From: an uncultured virus (IMG/VR IMGVR_UViG_3300018892_000001)
Lineage: Duplodnaviria > Heunggongvirae > Uroviricota > Caudoviricetes
Virus record (IMG/VR): IMGVR_UViG_3300018892_000001
DNA length: 55,428 nucleotides
Direction: 5' to 3' (one strand)
Shown here: positions 9,622-19,172 of the stretch, piece after piece
Layout: each line of letters begins with the position of its first letter
How positions within the stretch are numbered: the stretch's first letter is position 1
Made by a program: the position numbers and the translations under genes
Notes under the pieces: generated by a model
The model's input: only the letters and a program-made list of their open reading frames with translations
Databases searched by the model: none
What the model was told of the DNA's origin: nothing

Positions 9622-9665
9622 ACATCCTCTTAGAATCCCTCGTCTTTTAAGCGAGGGAGATGTCA
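9622..9665 (+). mobile_element. Orphan IS200/IS605 right-end remnant
   Basis: ACATCCTCTTAGAATCCCTCGTCTTTTAAGCGAGGGAGATGTCA resembles the right end of the element at 38713 (minus strand: ACATCCTTTGAGAATCCCTCGTGCTTCAGCCGAGGGAGTACGTCA). Confidence 0.6.
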
Positions 9666-9698
9666 TACTAAGGCTTAATTCGCCAAGTTTTAAAGCAG

Positions 9699-9968
9699 AT
9701 GTTGGATCTTGAAGAGTTCGGTGTCACATGGAGAGAATTGTCCGAGATCTCTTATAGCGCGACAAGTATATTAGAAGAAAACGCCCCCAGGTGGGACGAA
9801 CTAACTTATCAGCAACAATTACTTATTGAAATAGGCTTGCGCCAAGTACAAGCTGCCGCTAATAGACAAATCAAGTCAGCAGAGTATTGGCGCGATTTTG
9901 TCAAAAATCGATTGGAAACGAGGTTAATGGTTTCAGGGGCAAGCAATCAGAGGGATAGATTGAGATAA
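9699..9968 (+). CDS. Hypothetical protein
   Basis: 89 aa, TAATG-coupled to the lysin gene. Confidence 0.7.
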   Translation: MLDLEEFGVTWRELSEISYSATSILEENAPRWDELTYQQQLLIEIGLRQVQAAANRQIKSAEYWRDFVKNRLETRLMVSGASNQRDRLR

Positions 9969-11464
9969 TGTCGCCAATTTCGCTCTCTGCCCTAAAACCC
10001 GAATACCAGAAACTCTGGGACACCTGCACTATCAACCCAGAATCTAAGAAAGAAGCGGAAGGAATAGTAGCCCGAATACTCGCTCAGAAATCTCGCTATC
10101 AATCTATCGCATCCTCAATCGGCTGCCCCTGGGAATTTGTTGCCGTAATTCACAACATGGAGGCAAGCTTAAACTTTAACTGCCACCTGCACAACGGTGA
10201 TCCGCTTAGTGGGTATACCTACAACGAACCCCCCAATCGTCCAGCTCATGGTAAGCCACCTTTCACTTGGGAAGAAAGTGCCGAGGATGCGCTGAAGTTA
10301 ATGCAAATAGATCAAGTCAAGGATTGGTCAGTTACCGGGAGACTGTTTCAAGGAGAGCAATATAACGGTTGGGGATACCGCCTATACCATCCAGAAGTTC
10401 TAACCCCTTATTTGTGGAGTGGAACTAGCCATTACGTCCGAGGCAAATATGCCTCGGATGGCTACTTTGATCGAAATCTAAAAAGTGAACAAATAGGCAT
10501 CGTGCCATTGCTCAAGCTCTTGTCAAGCAACGCGAACACCCAACAGCAACCTATTGCAAAAATGACGACAGAATTATTAAAGGGCGGCGCTTGCAAGTTG
10601 CGGATAGAGAAAGATGCATACCTTACTCAAGCGCCTATTCCAGCACTAGAGTTAAAGACAAGCGATCGCATACTTCGTGTTCGGGCAGGGACTATATTGC
10701 CCGTACTAGCTTGGCGACAAGTAGGGGCAGGATTCCTGGTCGTGACCTTTGGCAAAACCCTTCGAGGGTACAACACCTGGCACGTCAGAGAAGAGGATGT
10801 AAGAATGTCGCCCCTCGTGCCCAAACTCCCGGTTCAAATTGCGGCGAAGCCAGTTGTTCCAGGTGATTTATCCAGTTTGCCGGGGGACAAAATCATCCGA
10901 TTCCTGCATAGCCGCGACTTCCGGGTCCGGGCGCTCAACATCGTGTACCTCGTTGGCGCTTCGGCAGAGGACTGGTCACCGATACCCAACTTAGTAGATG
11001 GCTGGAACGACGTTCGTTGCGTGGTTCGCGACAATGGCGAGGTACTTGGGAGCTGGCAAGCAACGACAGATCCGGGGGAACATTACCTAGAGAATCCCAT
11101 GAACCCACTGGGATGCGCCATTGTCGCATTAGGGCAGCACAAAGATGCTTGGGAGATTGGGGAACACAAAGCTGGACATTGGGGATTAGTTCAGTGTGGA
11201 GATCTAGTAATTTATCGCGACCAGCTCGCAACCGGAGTGCGATCGGGTCACACTGTTCGGGCAGGGGCTGAGTGTGGACTGAACCACCACGGGACTGGCG
11301 AACGAGATGGAGACCCAAACTCAATCGGGTTTTGGAGCGCTGGTTGCTGCGTTGGGCTGTATCGAAAATCTCACGATAAATTTATGGATTTGTGCAGACA
11401 TTCGGGCAACTCAACTTTTGACGCTACCCTGATTGATGGAGCAACACTATACAACTTTCGTTAA
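9968..11464 (+). CDS. Multidomain endolysin (lysozyme-like N-terminal domain plus second putative cell-wall domain)
   Basis: WEFVAVIHNMEAS..F..HLHNGDPL, YNGWGYR and PYLWSGT.HY..GKY..DG are lysozyme-family motifs; C-terminal WND/ATTDPG/PMNP/WSAGC domain. Confidence 0.8.
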   Translation: MSPISLSALKPEYQKLWDTCTINPESKKEAEGIVARILAQKSRYQSIASSIGCPWEFVAVIHNMEASLNFNCHLHNGDPLSGYTYNEPPNRPAHGKPPFTWEESAEDALKLMQIDQVKDWSVTGRLFQGEQYNGWGYRLYHPEVLTPYLWSGTSHYVRGKYASDGYFDRNLKSEQIGIVPLLKLLSSNANTQQQPIAKMTTELLKGGACKLRIEKDAYLTQAPIPALELKTSDRILRVRAGTILPVLAWRQVGAGFLVVTFGKTLRGYNTWHVREEDVRMSPLVPKLPVQIAAKPVVPGDLSSLPGDKIIRFLHSRDFRVRALNIVYLVGASAEDWSPIPNLVDGWNDVRCVVRDNGEVLGSWQATTDPGEHYLENPMNPLGCAIVALGQHKDAWEIGEHKAGHWGLVQCGDLVIYRDQLATGVRSGHTVRAGAECGLNHHGTGERDGDPNSIGFWSAGCCVGLYRKSHDKFMDLCRHSGNSTFDATLIDGATLYNFR

Positions 11465-11476
11465 AAATTAGAATTT

Positions 11477-11935
11477 ATGCCTACTCAGCAACTATCTCCT
11501 TCTCAATGGGTCGTTGATATTTCTGCCCTTTCCAACGCGGCAGGAAATTTCCTCTCCTTGGCTGGAGGCACCATAACTACAGTTGTTTCTGTTGCAGCAG
11601 TCGCTGCTGTAGTGGGAATTTGCGTTATTAACAACAAAGATTTACCCCCTTGGGCGCAGGTAGCCTTGGGGACAGGTACTGTAGCTGGGGTTGTTTACGA
11701 TCCCAAGAAAGATCAGACAAGAATTCATCAAGAATTCCAGCAGCCAGTGGACAATGCCTCAATTGCCACAGCACCCAATTCCTCCACAAATACAGAGCTG
11801 CGAACTGCTCCTGATATCAGCGTAATGCGATCGCAACCTTCCCCACCTCCCGATCCTGAATGGTTACAGGATAGTAACGAGTTGGACGACAGTGGGGAAT
11901 GGTTGACACCTAAGGAACTTGCAATGATGGGTTAA
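11477..11935 (+). CDS. Putative holin / membrane protein
   Basis: Hydrophobic segments (LAGGTITTVVSVAAVAAVVGICVI; WAQVALGTGTVAGVVY) directly after the lysin. Confidence 0.5.
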   Translation: MPTQQLSPSQWVVDISALSNAAGNFLSLAGGTITTVVSVAAVAAVVGICVINNKDLPPWAQVALGTGTVAGVVYDPKKDQTRIHQEFQQPVDNASIATAPNSSTNTELRTAPDISVMRSQPSPPPDPEWLQDSNELDDSGEWLTPKELAMMG

Positions 11936-12150
11936 GGTGTTAAATAGTAACAGTAGTAACGTATCCACGCTGTCCTGACGGGCATCGTGGTTTTTAATGC
12001 GTGTTTCGTAGTAAATTTGAAAACGATCGCATCCTTTGAGACAAAACGCCGGATGCGATCGCTATCCACACACATAAGGAATAAAAACTCATGTCATAAC
12101 AATTATATCGGCGTATTATTTTTCGGCAAACTCCTCACCACACACACACT

Positions 12151-14220
12151 ATGCAACAAACACTAGAAAAACCTTGGCTAATTGGATTTCGACTCTACCA
12201 ACTAGACCTTCGGAGAGAAATTATAAAAGCCTGGAGAGAAGGCGCACAGAGGATACTGGTTCAACTTTGTACTGGTGGTGGCAAAAGCATGATTATTCGT
12301 TCATTCCAGCTAGAGCTGTGGCTGAAGGGCAAGAAAGTTCTGCTGGTTTGTCAAGATACTGGGATACTGACTCAGTTGTTAAGCCATGCGATTGAGTCTG
12401 GTATTCCTCAAGATCAGGTAGGGGTTCTAAAAGCCTGGAAAAGTGGCGAATATCCCCTTGAATTGCACAAGCCTATGCAGATTGCAATGGTTCAAAGCCT
12501 GACTAACAATTGGGAAGAATTAACGTCGGGGACACATCCCCTTGCCCCCGATTTAATCCTAATTGATGAGTGCCATCATTGCGACAGCCAAAATAATTAC
12601 TTCCAGCTTTGGGAGCAATTTCCAGAGGCGAAAATACTAGGTTTGTCGGCTACTCCTGCCCGTCCCAACGGTCACGGCTTCTACTATCCAGAGGAAGAAG
12701 GGCAAGATAGAAAGTATTTATTTGATCGGCTCATTCTAGGAGTGCCAAAGCGATCGCTCATTGACCAAGGGTTTCTGCCAGAGTGCGGAACTTACTTTGC
12801 TCTAACCCCCAGTCTCAGAGGCGTGGCAAAGAAAAGAGGGGAATTCAGGGTAACAGGTGCTAATGGACTAGAGTCCCGATACAACAATGCCACTATTCGG
12901 GGTGATGTCATTCGTGCTTGGCGGGAGTTCGTTTACGACAGATTCGGTGCTGCTCCTACTATGTGCTATGGGGTGAGTGTTGCTCACATCAAAGACATCG
13001 CTGCTGATTTTAGAGCAAACAATATCCCCGCTGTGGCTTTGCACGGGAAAATGGGCAGGGGTGAGCAGGCTAAAGTCCTGAAGTCATTTATCGCAAGAGA
13101 AGCGGTTATTTTGTGCCTGTGCGGCATGGGTCAAGAAGGCTTTGATCTGGCTACCCTAGCTAAGTCAATGGGGCTAGAAGCCGAAAACGTATTTTGCGTG
13201 ATCAAGGCATTGGCAACAACAAGCCTTGTTAAAAACTCACAGCTAGATGGACGAATACGAGGCATAGACTTAATGCGATGGAATTGGCGGCAATTGCCCG
13301 AAAAGGTTGAGGTTATTGAGACAGATCAACCAATAAATCAACCACAAGCAACAGACGCAGTTCTAGGAGGTTCTCGCTCACCGATTCATGGGGCAATGGT
13401 GCTAGGTGGAATGGCAGGGGTTGAATCGCTGCTCAAATCGAAGGATATAGGCGGAAGGGTAGCGGGAATTAAGAAGGTTCTGGCAATGTCCAGGCTTGAC
13501 TTGTTGGAGCCTTTCTTAGTGCCAGGGAACGAAGACCCCTCCCCACAGGTTCAGGCGTTAGTTGAAACCATCCTAGATCATAAGGGGTTAGCTTCTGTGG
13601 GCAAGCTGCTTTACGGCGTGATAATCGACTGCGGCAACAATTTTGTCCGCCACGAAGTATACGACGCCGAACATGAATGGAGTTTGGAGGGGGTCACAGT
13701 TAGACCTCTTAATAGCAAGCAGTGTCCGGAGTGCAGCCTGGTTGGCTTGAAAGCCAACCTAAGCAAATGCCCAAATTGTGGTCACGTTTTCTCTAAAGAA
13801 AAAGTCGAAGAAAACAGCCAAACCCCAGCAGGCGAAGGGGCGACTATTAGCCAAGATAAAGAATGCCAAATGGCGCTATTAGACAAGGAGGCTTGGCGCT
13901 CTTGGAAAGAGTTAATGAAGGAAAAACGTAGCAACTATGTCGCGCTGACAGAATTTATTATGTCGGGCGCACCGATACCAGAAATAGCAAGAGCTGGAAG
14001 GCAATGTAAAACACAGAAAGGTATACCTTATAAGAAATATGCCATTTACAGTCTTTGGCTTGGTTGCCAGCGCAAAATTCATGGGCAACTTTGGCTCCCC
14101 ACTTTAGAAGCATTAGAAGAGTGGTGCAATGCTTTCGGCTACAGAAGGGGAATAGCTAGGGACTGGATGGCTGAATGTGAAGAATATGTTACAAAAAGAA
14201 AAACCCCTTTGCTCTTCTAA
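12151..14220 (+). CDS. SF2 DEAD/DEAH-box helicase (RadD/YejH-like) with C-terminal Zn finger
   Basis: QLCTGGGKS (Walker A), DECHH, SATP, CPEC...CPNCG. Confidence 0.88.
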   Translation: MQQTLEKPWLIGFRLYQLDLRREIIKAWREGAQRILVQLCTGGGKSMIIRSFQLELWLKGKKVLLVCQDTGILTQLLSHAIESGIPQDQVGVLKAWKSGEYPLELHKPMQIAMVQSLTNNWEELTSGTHPLAPDLILIDECHHCDSQNNYFQLWEQFPEAKILGLSATPARPNGHGFYYPEEEGQDRKYLFDRLILGVPKRSLIDQGFLPECGTYFALTPSLRGVAKKRGEFRVTGANGLESRYNNATIRGDVIRAWREFVYDRFGAAPTMCYGVSVAHIKDIAADFRANNIPAVALHGKMGRGEQAKVLKSFIAREAVILCLCGMGQEGFDLATLAKSMGLEAENVFCVIKALATTSLVKNSQLDGRIRGIDLMRWNWRQLPEKVEVIETDQPINQPQATDAVLGGSRSPIHGAMVLGGMAGVESLLKSKDIGGRVAGIKKVLAMSRLDLLEPFLVPGNEDPSPQVQALVETILDHKGLASVGKLLYGVIIDCGNNFVRHEVYDAEHEWSLEGVTVRPLNSKQCPECSLVGLKANLSKCPNCGHVFSKEKVEENSQTPAGEGATISQDKECQMALLDKEAWRSWKELMKEKRSNYVALTEFIMSGAPIPEIARAGRQCKTQKGIPYKKYAIYSLWLGCQRKIHGQLWLPTLEALEEWCNAFGYRRGIARDWMAECEEYVTKRKTPLLF

Positions 14221-14319
14221 ATCGTAATATGAAGGCGATCGCAAAGCGCAGGTCGCCTTCCCTCGGATGTTCGCTTTTCAGTGAAATTAGATAGCTCAAA
14301 AAAGTAGTGGAAGACCCCA

Positions 14320-14952
14320 ATGAAAATTAACAGTTTGACGTTTCAAACAACCCCTTGTAGCGACGGGCGCATGGCTTTTATGTGTCCTGAACTTGGGATC
14401 TGTGAACTTCTGCCCGATGATCCTGATGAGGATGAGGGTATTGTCTACAGAGTTGCAGACCTAGCGACAGTATGTGAGGAAGCCCTAGTTTTCCTCTGGG
14501 ACGCTAAAGCACTAGAGGAGACCCCAGCCCTAGTTGAACTACTTAAAAGCATTGATTTAGATGACGCCAGGGAGGGCATTAACTCCTCCCGCGAGGAATG
14601 GGCAATCGAGAGCAATTATCCAGCTCTAAAAACCCACTGGAACAGGAGAGTGGCAATCCCTTATATAAGGTGGGAGATGCCACAAGAAGATCGGTACGTT
14701 TCAAAAGCAGACTTTGCGATCGCTATCGCAAATTGGGAACAAGAAAAGGAAGCAGAGAAAGAAGCATGGGAGATACTGCTCTGCAAAGGTAAAGATGATC
14801 AAAGGTGGATCGACTGGATTCACTGGGTAACAAAAAAATTACTTCCAACTTATCAAAAGAAGTACCGGAAGAAGGTTTGGGAGGAGTGGGAAAAGGTTGG
14901 TTTACCAGTTTTGCCGTTTGAAGAGACTTTGAAGAGAAAAAAACCACTATAA
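14320..14952 (+). CDS. Hypothetical protein
   Basis: 210 aa ORF followed by a terminator. Confidence 0.75.
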   Translation: MKINSLTFQTTPCSDGRMAFMCPELGICELLPDDPDEDEGIVYRVADLATVCEEALVFLWDAKALEETPALVELLKSIDLDDAREGINSSREEWAIESNYPALKTHWNRRVAIPYIRWEMPQEDRYVSKADFAIAIANWEQEKEAEKEAWEILLCKGKDDQRWIDWIHWVTKKLLPTYQKKYRKKVWEEWEKVGLPVLPFEETLKRKKPL

Positions 14953-14959
14953 CCAAATA

Positions 14960-14994
14960 AAAACCCCCTTGATCGTGTTGATCAAGGGGGTTTT
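14960..14994. terminator. Bidirectional terminator
   Basis: AAAACCCCCTTGATC-gtgtt-GATCAAGGGGGTTTT between convergent genes. Confidence 0.85.
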
Positions 14995-15015
14995 CAGAAT
15001 TAAAGAGACTTGCAT

Positions 15016-16848
15016 TTAACCAGCGATCGCTCTCATCTGCCGAGCCTCTTCCAGCTCCTGTTTTAATTGCTCAATTTCCCGTTCCTTTTGAGCTAACTGC
15101 GCCTCAATTGCCTGTGCCTGCTCAGAAAGAAACTGTTCATTCAGGATTTTATTCTCGTTCTCCTTCCTGAGTTCTTCATTTTCTGCCTGTAACTCACTCA
15201 CCTGTAATCGCAGAAGAGTATTTAGATTTTGTACATTTTCTACCTCCTCCCTGGAAATTTTTTCTGGCTTCTCCCCTGTCTGCTTTCTAGGCTTTGGGTT
15301 GAAACGGAACTTGTATTTGTCCTCCCAGTTCTCCTCGGTGGAAACTGATTTGATCGTTTCAGAGATCGCCTTTTTGGTCAGCTCTGGCGCAGATTCAATA
15401 ACGAGTTTCTTCGCCTCCAAAATTTCCTCTTCCTCAGCGTCTCTGAAGGTATCCATCCTTCTCAACTCCAAGGCTGCCGCATCGGACATCCCCTTGACCT
15501 TCACCTGAATATCCTGATCTACTAGGGGTAGTAACTCACGCCGCTCTTGTTCGGCATTAGCCTTTTCCCTCGCACTGTTGGGACGATAAGGGAATCCTTC
15601 CTCGTCGTGAAGGCGCCGACACATTTGCTCAAAAGTGCCGTATTCTTGGGACTTCCGGCGATTATCATTCTGGAAAACAACAAACTTGAGTTCCCACAGG
15701 TAGTCTGTCACCGCTTCGGAAAAAGGCTGGCTTATTTCGATCAACTTAACGGCGATCGCCCGACACTTCCTCTCATGTTCTGAGGTAAGGAAAGTCCAGT
15801 CCTCGCCCTCTTCCCCTTCTTCCTCTGTTACCTCTGCAATAGAGTCATCCAACTTCTTACAGTCACTATAAGAAGTTCCATCACTTTCCTCTTCCTCTGT
15901 TTCAGGATCTGTCTCAGGAGCGGCTTCCTCAACTGCTGCCGGTTGTGCAACTACTTCTGTTACTTGTAATTTGCTCACCACAGGGGAGCGTGGCGTAAAT
16001 TGAAGTAAGTTACTTTTCGTTGGTTCTGGAGGCGTAAAGATCACTTCAATGGGGGCAAAATCATCTTCCTCTTGATCTTCTTCTCGATCCTCTTCCGGAT
16101 CATCTAAGAAATCTTCTAAAAACCGTCCTTCTAGCCCTAACTCTCCCTCTATTTCCGGATATTCTAAGAAGTCTTCTTCGAGTTCTTCTAGGGGTTCTTC
16201 TGGGAGCAACTCTTCAACAAAATCAGTAATTTCTGAGATTAGTTCCGGCATCGACACTTCGTTTGTCGCCTCAGCCTCTTCAAGAGGCTCAGCCCCAGCC
16301 CCCTGAAAAGGGGCAATTTCATCTTCTACTTCTAGCAATTTATCCAAAAGGGCTTGAGCCTCAGCCTGATCTTTTACAAACTTCGTTGATTGAATAGGAT
16401 CTTGCCCTTTAATGTCAAAGCGCATTCCACTGGCAGTTACCGAGGCGATCGCCTTTACTCCCCTAGCCTCTACTGTTTGTTTTTTGGTGGGACGTAGGAA
16501 CCGATCCTCAACCCACTTCTTATTCCAATTCCCACTAGGAGAAATAACGTTGCAGTAAGCTTTACCTTTATAAAAATCATCTACAGGATCATGCTGAATC
16601 ACTTCAGCAAAAAAACCTGTGTGGTCGCCCCGATCATCGAAAATACTAAGGATTTCCCCAATTTTAAGTTTCTCAACTTCCTTTAAGGAAACTGAAGGTA
16701 CCCAGTCTACTGTTCGCAGATCTTTACTGTAATTAGTGAGTTCACAACGAATTTGGTCTTTTTTCCCTTTTTCGATTACACGAGCATAATAGCCCTTATA
16801 TTGCCCCTTAAGAACGCGATTTATAGGACTTGCTGTAGTTGTAGACAT
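15016..16848 (-). CDS. Hypothetical acidic protein with C-terminal coiled coil
   Basis: 610 aa; Glu/Asp-rich middle; heptad-rich C-terminus. Confidence 0.8.
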   Translation of the reverse strand: MSTTTASPINRVLKGQYKGYYARVIEKGKKDQIRCELTNYSKDLRTVDWVPSVSLKEVEKLKIGEILSIFDDRGDHTGFFAEVIQHDPVDDFYKGKAYCNVISPSGNWNKKWVEDRFLRPTKKQTVEARGVKAIASVTASGMRFDIKGQDPIQSTKFVKDQAEAQALLDKLLEVEDEIAPFQGAGAEPLEEAEATNEVSMPELISEITDFVEELLPEEPLEELEEDFLEYPEIEGELGLEGRFLEDFLDDPEEDREEDQEEDDFAPIEVIFTPPEPTKSNLLQFTPRSPVVSKLQVTEVVAQPAAVEEAAPETDPETEEEESDGTSYSDCKKLDDSIAEVTEEEGEEGEDWTFLTSEHERKCRAIAVKLIEISQPFSEAVTDYLWELKFVVFQNDNRRKSQEYGTFEQMCRRLHDEEGFPYRPNSAREKANAEQERRELLPLVDQDIQVKVKGMSDAAALELRRMDTFRDAEEEEILEAKKLVIESAPELTKKAISETIKSVSTEENWEDKYKFRFNPKPRKQTGEKPEKISREEVENVQNLNTLLRLQVSELQAENEELRKENENKILNEQFLSEQAQAIEAQLAQKEREIEQLKQELEEARQMRAIAG

Positions 16849-17531
16849 AGTTGGCTCTCTGTTGTTTGTATTTGGTTATCAACTTGCACTGGTATATCTA
16901 GACCGAGAAACTTGTTGTGCCCGCGAACGACCGCTCTGTTGTTCCGGTGATGTAATGCTGATGCTCCATCTAGGGCGATCGCTTCTTCATGTACCCCAGG
17001 TTCGCCCTTCCTGGGAGAAGTGGTGTAACCCTTGTGCTGGGCTAAACCGTACATGGAAAACTGAGGCCAGGACGCAAGGCGAGTGATTAGTTCGTCGCGC
17101 CATTCTTTGGCAATAATCGACGCAGCAGCGATCGCACAAATTTTGGTATCCCCTTTTATCACTGCCGATTGCCGACGCTTACCTATTCCTGGGATGAGGT
17201 TGCGTCCATCAACAAAGATTTGATCAGCATTGATATTAAGCCCTTCAACCGCCCGCTTCATTGCCAAGAGGGATGCTCGGCAAATATCGCCTTCGTTAAT
17301 TTCCCTGACTGAGCCTACGCCAATCTTGTAACGCCCTATCTCCTTGAGTAAGGGGACAAGAACAGAGCGTTGTTTTGGGGAACGTTGTTTTGAGTCCCTC
17401 CCCTCGTACTTGCCCCATTCCAGTACCTTTTCCAACTCCTGAAGATGTTCGGGAAGCGGACTATAGGCACAAGCTACGACAGGACCAAAGGCGGGCCCTA
17501 AGCCGACTTCATCTACGCCAATTAAAATCAT
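16821..17531 (-). CDS. rnhB: Ribonuclease HII
   Basis: IGVDEVG.GP.FGPVVA, DSK, VDG, KGD..ICAIAAASIIAK..RD, HKGY.T. Confidence 0.92.
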   Translation of the reverse strand: MILIGVDEVGLGPAFGPVVACAYSPLPEHLQELEKVLEWGKYEGRDSKQRSPKQRSVLVPLLKEIGRYKIGVGSVREINEGDICRASLLAMKRAVEGLNINADQIFVDGRNLIPGIGKRRQSAVIKGDTKICAIAAASIIAKEWRDELITRLASWPQFSMYGLAQHKGYTTSPRKGEPGVHEEAIALDGASALHHRNNRAVVRGHNKFLGLDIPVQVDNQIQTTESQLCLQLQQVL

Positions 17532-17718
17532 CAGAACACCTCCGATGCGGGAAACTCAGTGTCCTTAGATCTGAGAGGAACGCACGGTAGCGGTTTTAAC
17601 CGCCTACAGTCTTTAGAATCCATATCCATAACCATCCTTTTGGTGAATTTGCTGACAATATTTATATTTTCTCCGTCACGGTTCTCCGTGATGAATGTAA
17701 TGAACTGCTGCCAGTGCC

Positions 17719-18972
17719 TTACGGCTCAGGCAGTTTCTGACGCTTCTTTTCCCACGCTTGCTGAAAGCCTCCACAATGTTTAGTTGTGGGTTTTTCAGTA
17801 GAGGCTTGAGATCCACGTTTGTCGAGCGTCGTTCCAACGCCCGTTGCCCATATTAGGCAAACTTTAGCTGAGGCTACATCTCTGTCTTCGACACAGCCGC
17901 AAGGACATTGATGTAGTCGTTCAGCCAGTGTTTTAGGTTTGACTTGCCAGCAGTCAGGACATCGTTGAGAAGGCTTGAGTGTCTTAGTTGGAGCTTTCAG
18001 AAATACCCCATCAGCTTCACCTAATTTGTACTCCAGCATTCCCCCCAAAATTCCCCAACCTACATCCAAAATGGAGCGGTTTAGCCCAGACTTCTGTCGC
18101 TTCCGCTTTCCCTTCTTGGCTTTTTTAGTCATCCCCTTGATGTTGAGTTTCTCTGTCACGACCATGCTGTTACTGCTTACTATCTGTGTCGTGACCTGAT
18201 GCGCCCAGTCTTGACGTTGATTAGTCGCTTTGCGCTGCAACTTATTGACTTTAGACTGAGCTTTTTTCCAGCGTTTTGATCCCTTAATCTTTTTCTTGAA
18301 ATTGGGGCTACGTTTCCGACGCTTCTGTTTAGATGCCGCTCTGATTTTCTCTTGAGTTGCACCCAAGAAGCGAGGATTTTCTATTTTGGTTCCATCGCTA
18401 CAAGCGACGGCTGTTAGAGTGCCAAAATCAATGCCAATTGCACCCGTTCCGGTTTCTCGGACTGGCTCACATTTGACGGTGATTGAGGCATACCATTTGC
18501 CTTGTCGGTACACGATGGTGCAAGTTGTTGGGATTCCCCAAGTTCTTGCCTTTCCTCTCATCTGAATTTGCCCTAAGTTAGACAGTTCCAGATAGCCGTT
18601 GTCACCCGTGGTGTGTGCTTTCCAACCAGGTGCCGCTGGGTAAGTCCATCCACTATAACGACGAATTGACTTGAATCGGGGGTATCCTCCCAAGCCTTTG
18701 AAGAACCGCTCGTAAGCCATGTCAACCCGTTTAAGGGTAGCCTGTAGGGCTTGGCTTCCTAGCTCTTTGTACTCTGTCCAGACCGTCTTGAACTCAGGTA
18801 ATGAGTTTTGTTGGTCGTAGTAGGTAACTGATTTCCCAAAACGTTGATATTGCGTCTTCTTGTTGTACAGCGCTGCATTATAAAGGTCTTTATGTAAACG
18901 CCTCCAATAGCTCAACTTTTGGGCTTGAGCAATGGAAGGATAAAGACGAAAGGTGCAACGACGGGTTATCAT
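17719..18972 (-). CDS. tnpB: TnpB RNA-guided endonuclease (IS200/IS605)
   Basis: FRLYPS HTH, GIDFG (RuvC I), TEKL (RuvC II), SQRCPDC/CPCG Zn finger, DRDVASA (RuvC III). Confidence 0.93.
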   Translation of the reverse strand: MITRRCTFRLYPSIAQAQKLSYWRRLHKDLYNAALYNKKTQYQRFGKSVTYYDQQNSLPEFKTVWTEYKELGSQALQATLKRVDMAYERFFKGLGGYPRFKSIRRYSGWTYPAAPGWKAHTTGDNGYLELSNLGQIQMRGKARTWGIPTTCTIVYRQGKWYASITVKCEPVRETGTGAIGIDFGTLTAVACSDGTKIENPRFLGATQEKIRAASKQKRRKRSPNFKKKIKGSKRWKKAQSKVNKLQRKATNQRQDWAHQVTTQIVSSNSMVVTEKLNIKGMTKKAKKGKRKRQKSGLNRSILDVGWGILGGMLEYKLGEADGVFLKAPTKTLKPSQRCPDCWQVKPKTLAERLHQCPCGCVEDRDVASAKVCLIWATGVGTTLDKRGSQASTEKPTTKHCGGFQQAWEKKRQKLPEP

Positions 18973-19000
18973 GATGCCAGTATAACGTCAGAGTAAGGTC

Positions 19001-19144
19001 ATGAAGAAGCTAACTGTTCGATTTTCTGATAGCGAGTACAAGAGCCTGACTCAACAGAGTATTGATGTTGAGCGTTCTCTGAACGAGATTGTCCGAGAAG
19101 CCGTTAGAGAATATATAAAGAATCAGACTTCCCCACAGCATTGA
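19001..19144 (+). CDS. Small ribbon-helix-helix (CopG-like) protein inside the IS
   Basis: Translated by hand: MKKLTVRFSDSEYKSLTQQSIDVERSLNEIVREAVREYIKNQTSPQH (47 aa); divergent from tnpB. Confidence 0.7.
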   Translation: MKKLTVRFSDSEYKSLTQQSIDVERSLNEIVREAVREYIKNQTSPQH

Positions 19145-19172
19145 TTCGCTTTCATCCCCCAGTGCCTTCGGC

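Noticed and set aside
12129..12150. ACTCCTCACCACACAC resembling the cyanobacterial Yfr1 sRNA motif
   Set aside because: Imperfect match, no flanking terminator, and it sits directly in the helicase 5' UTR.
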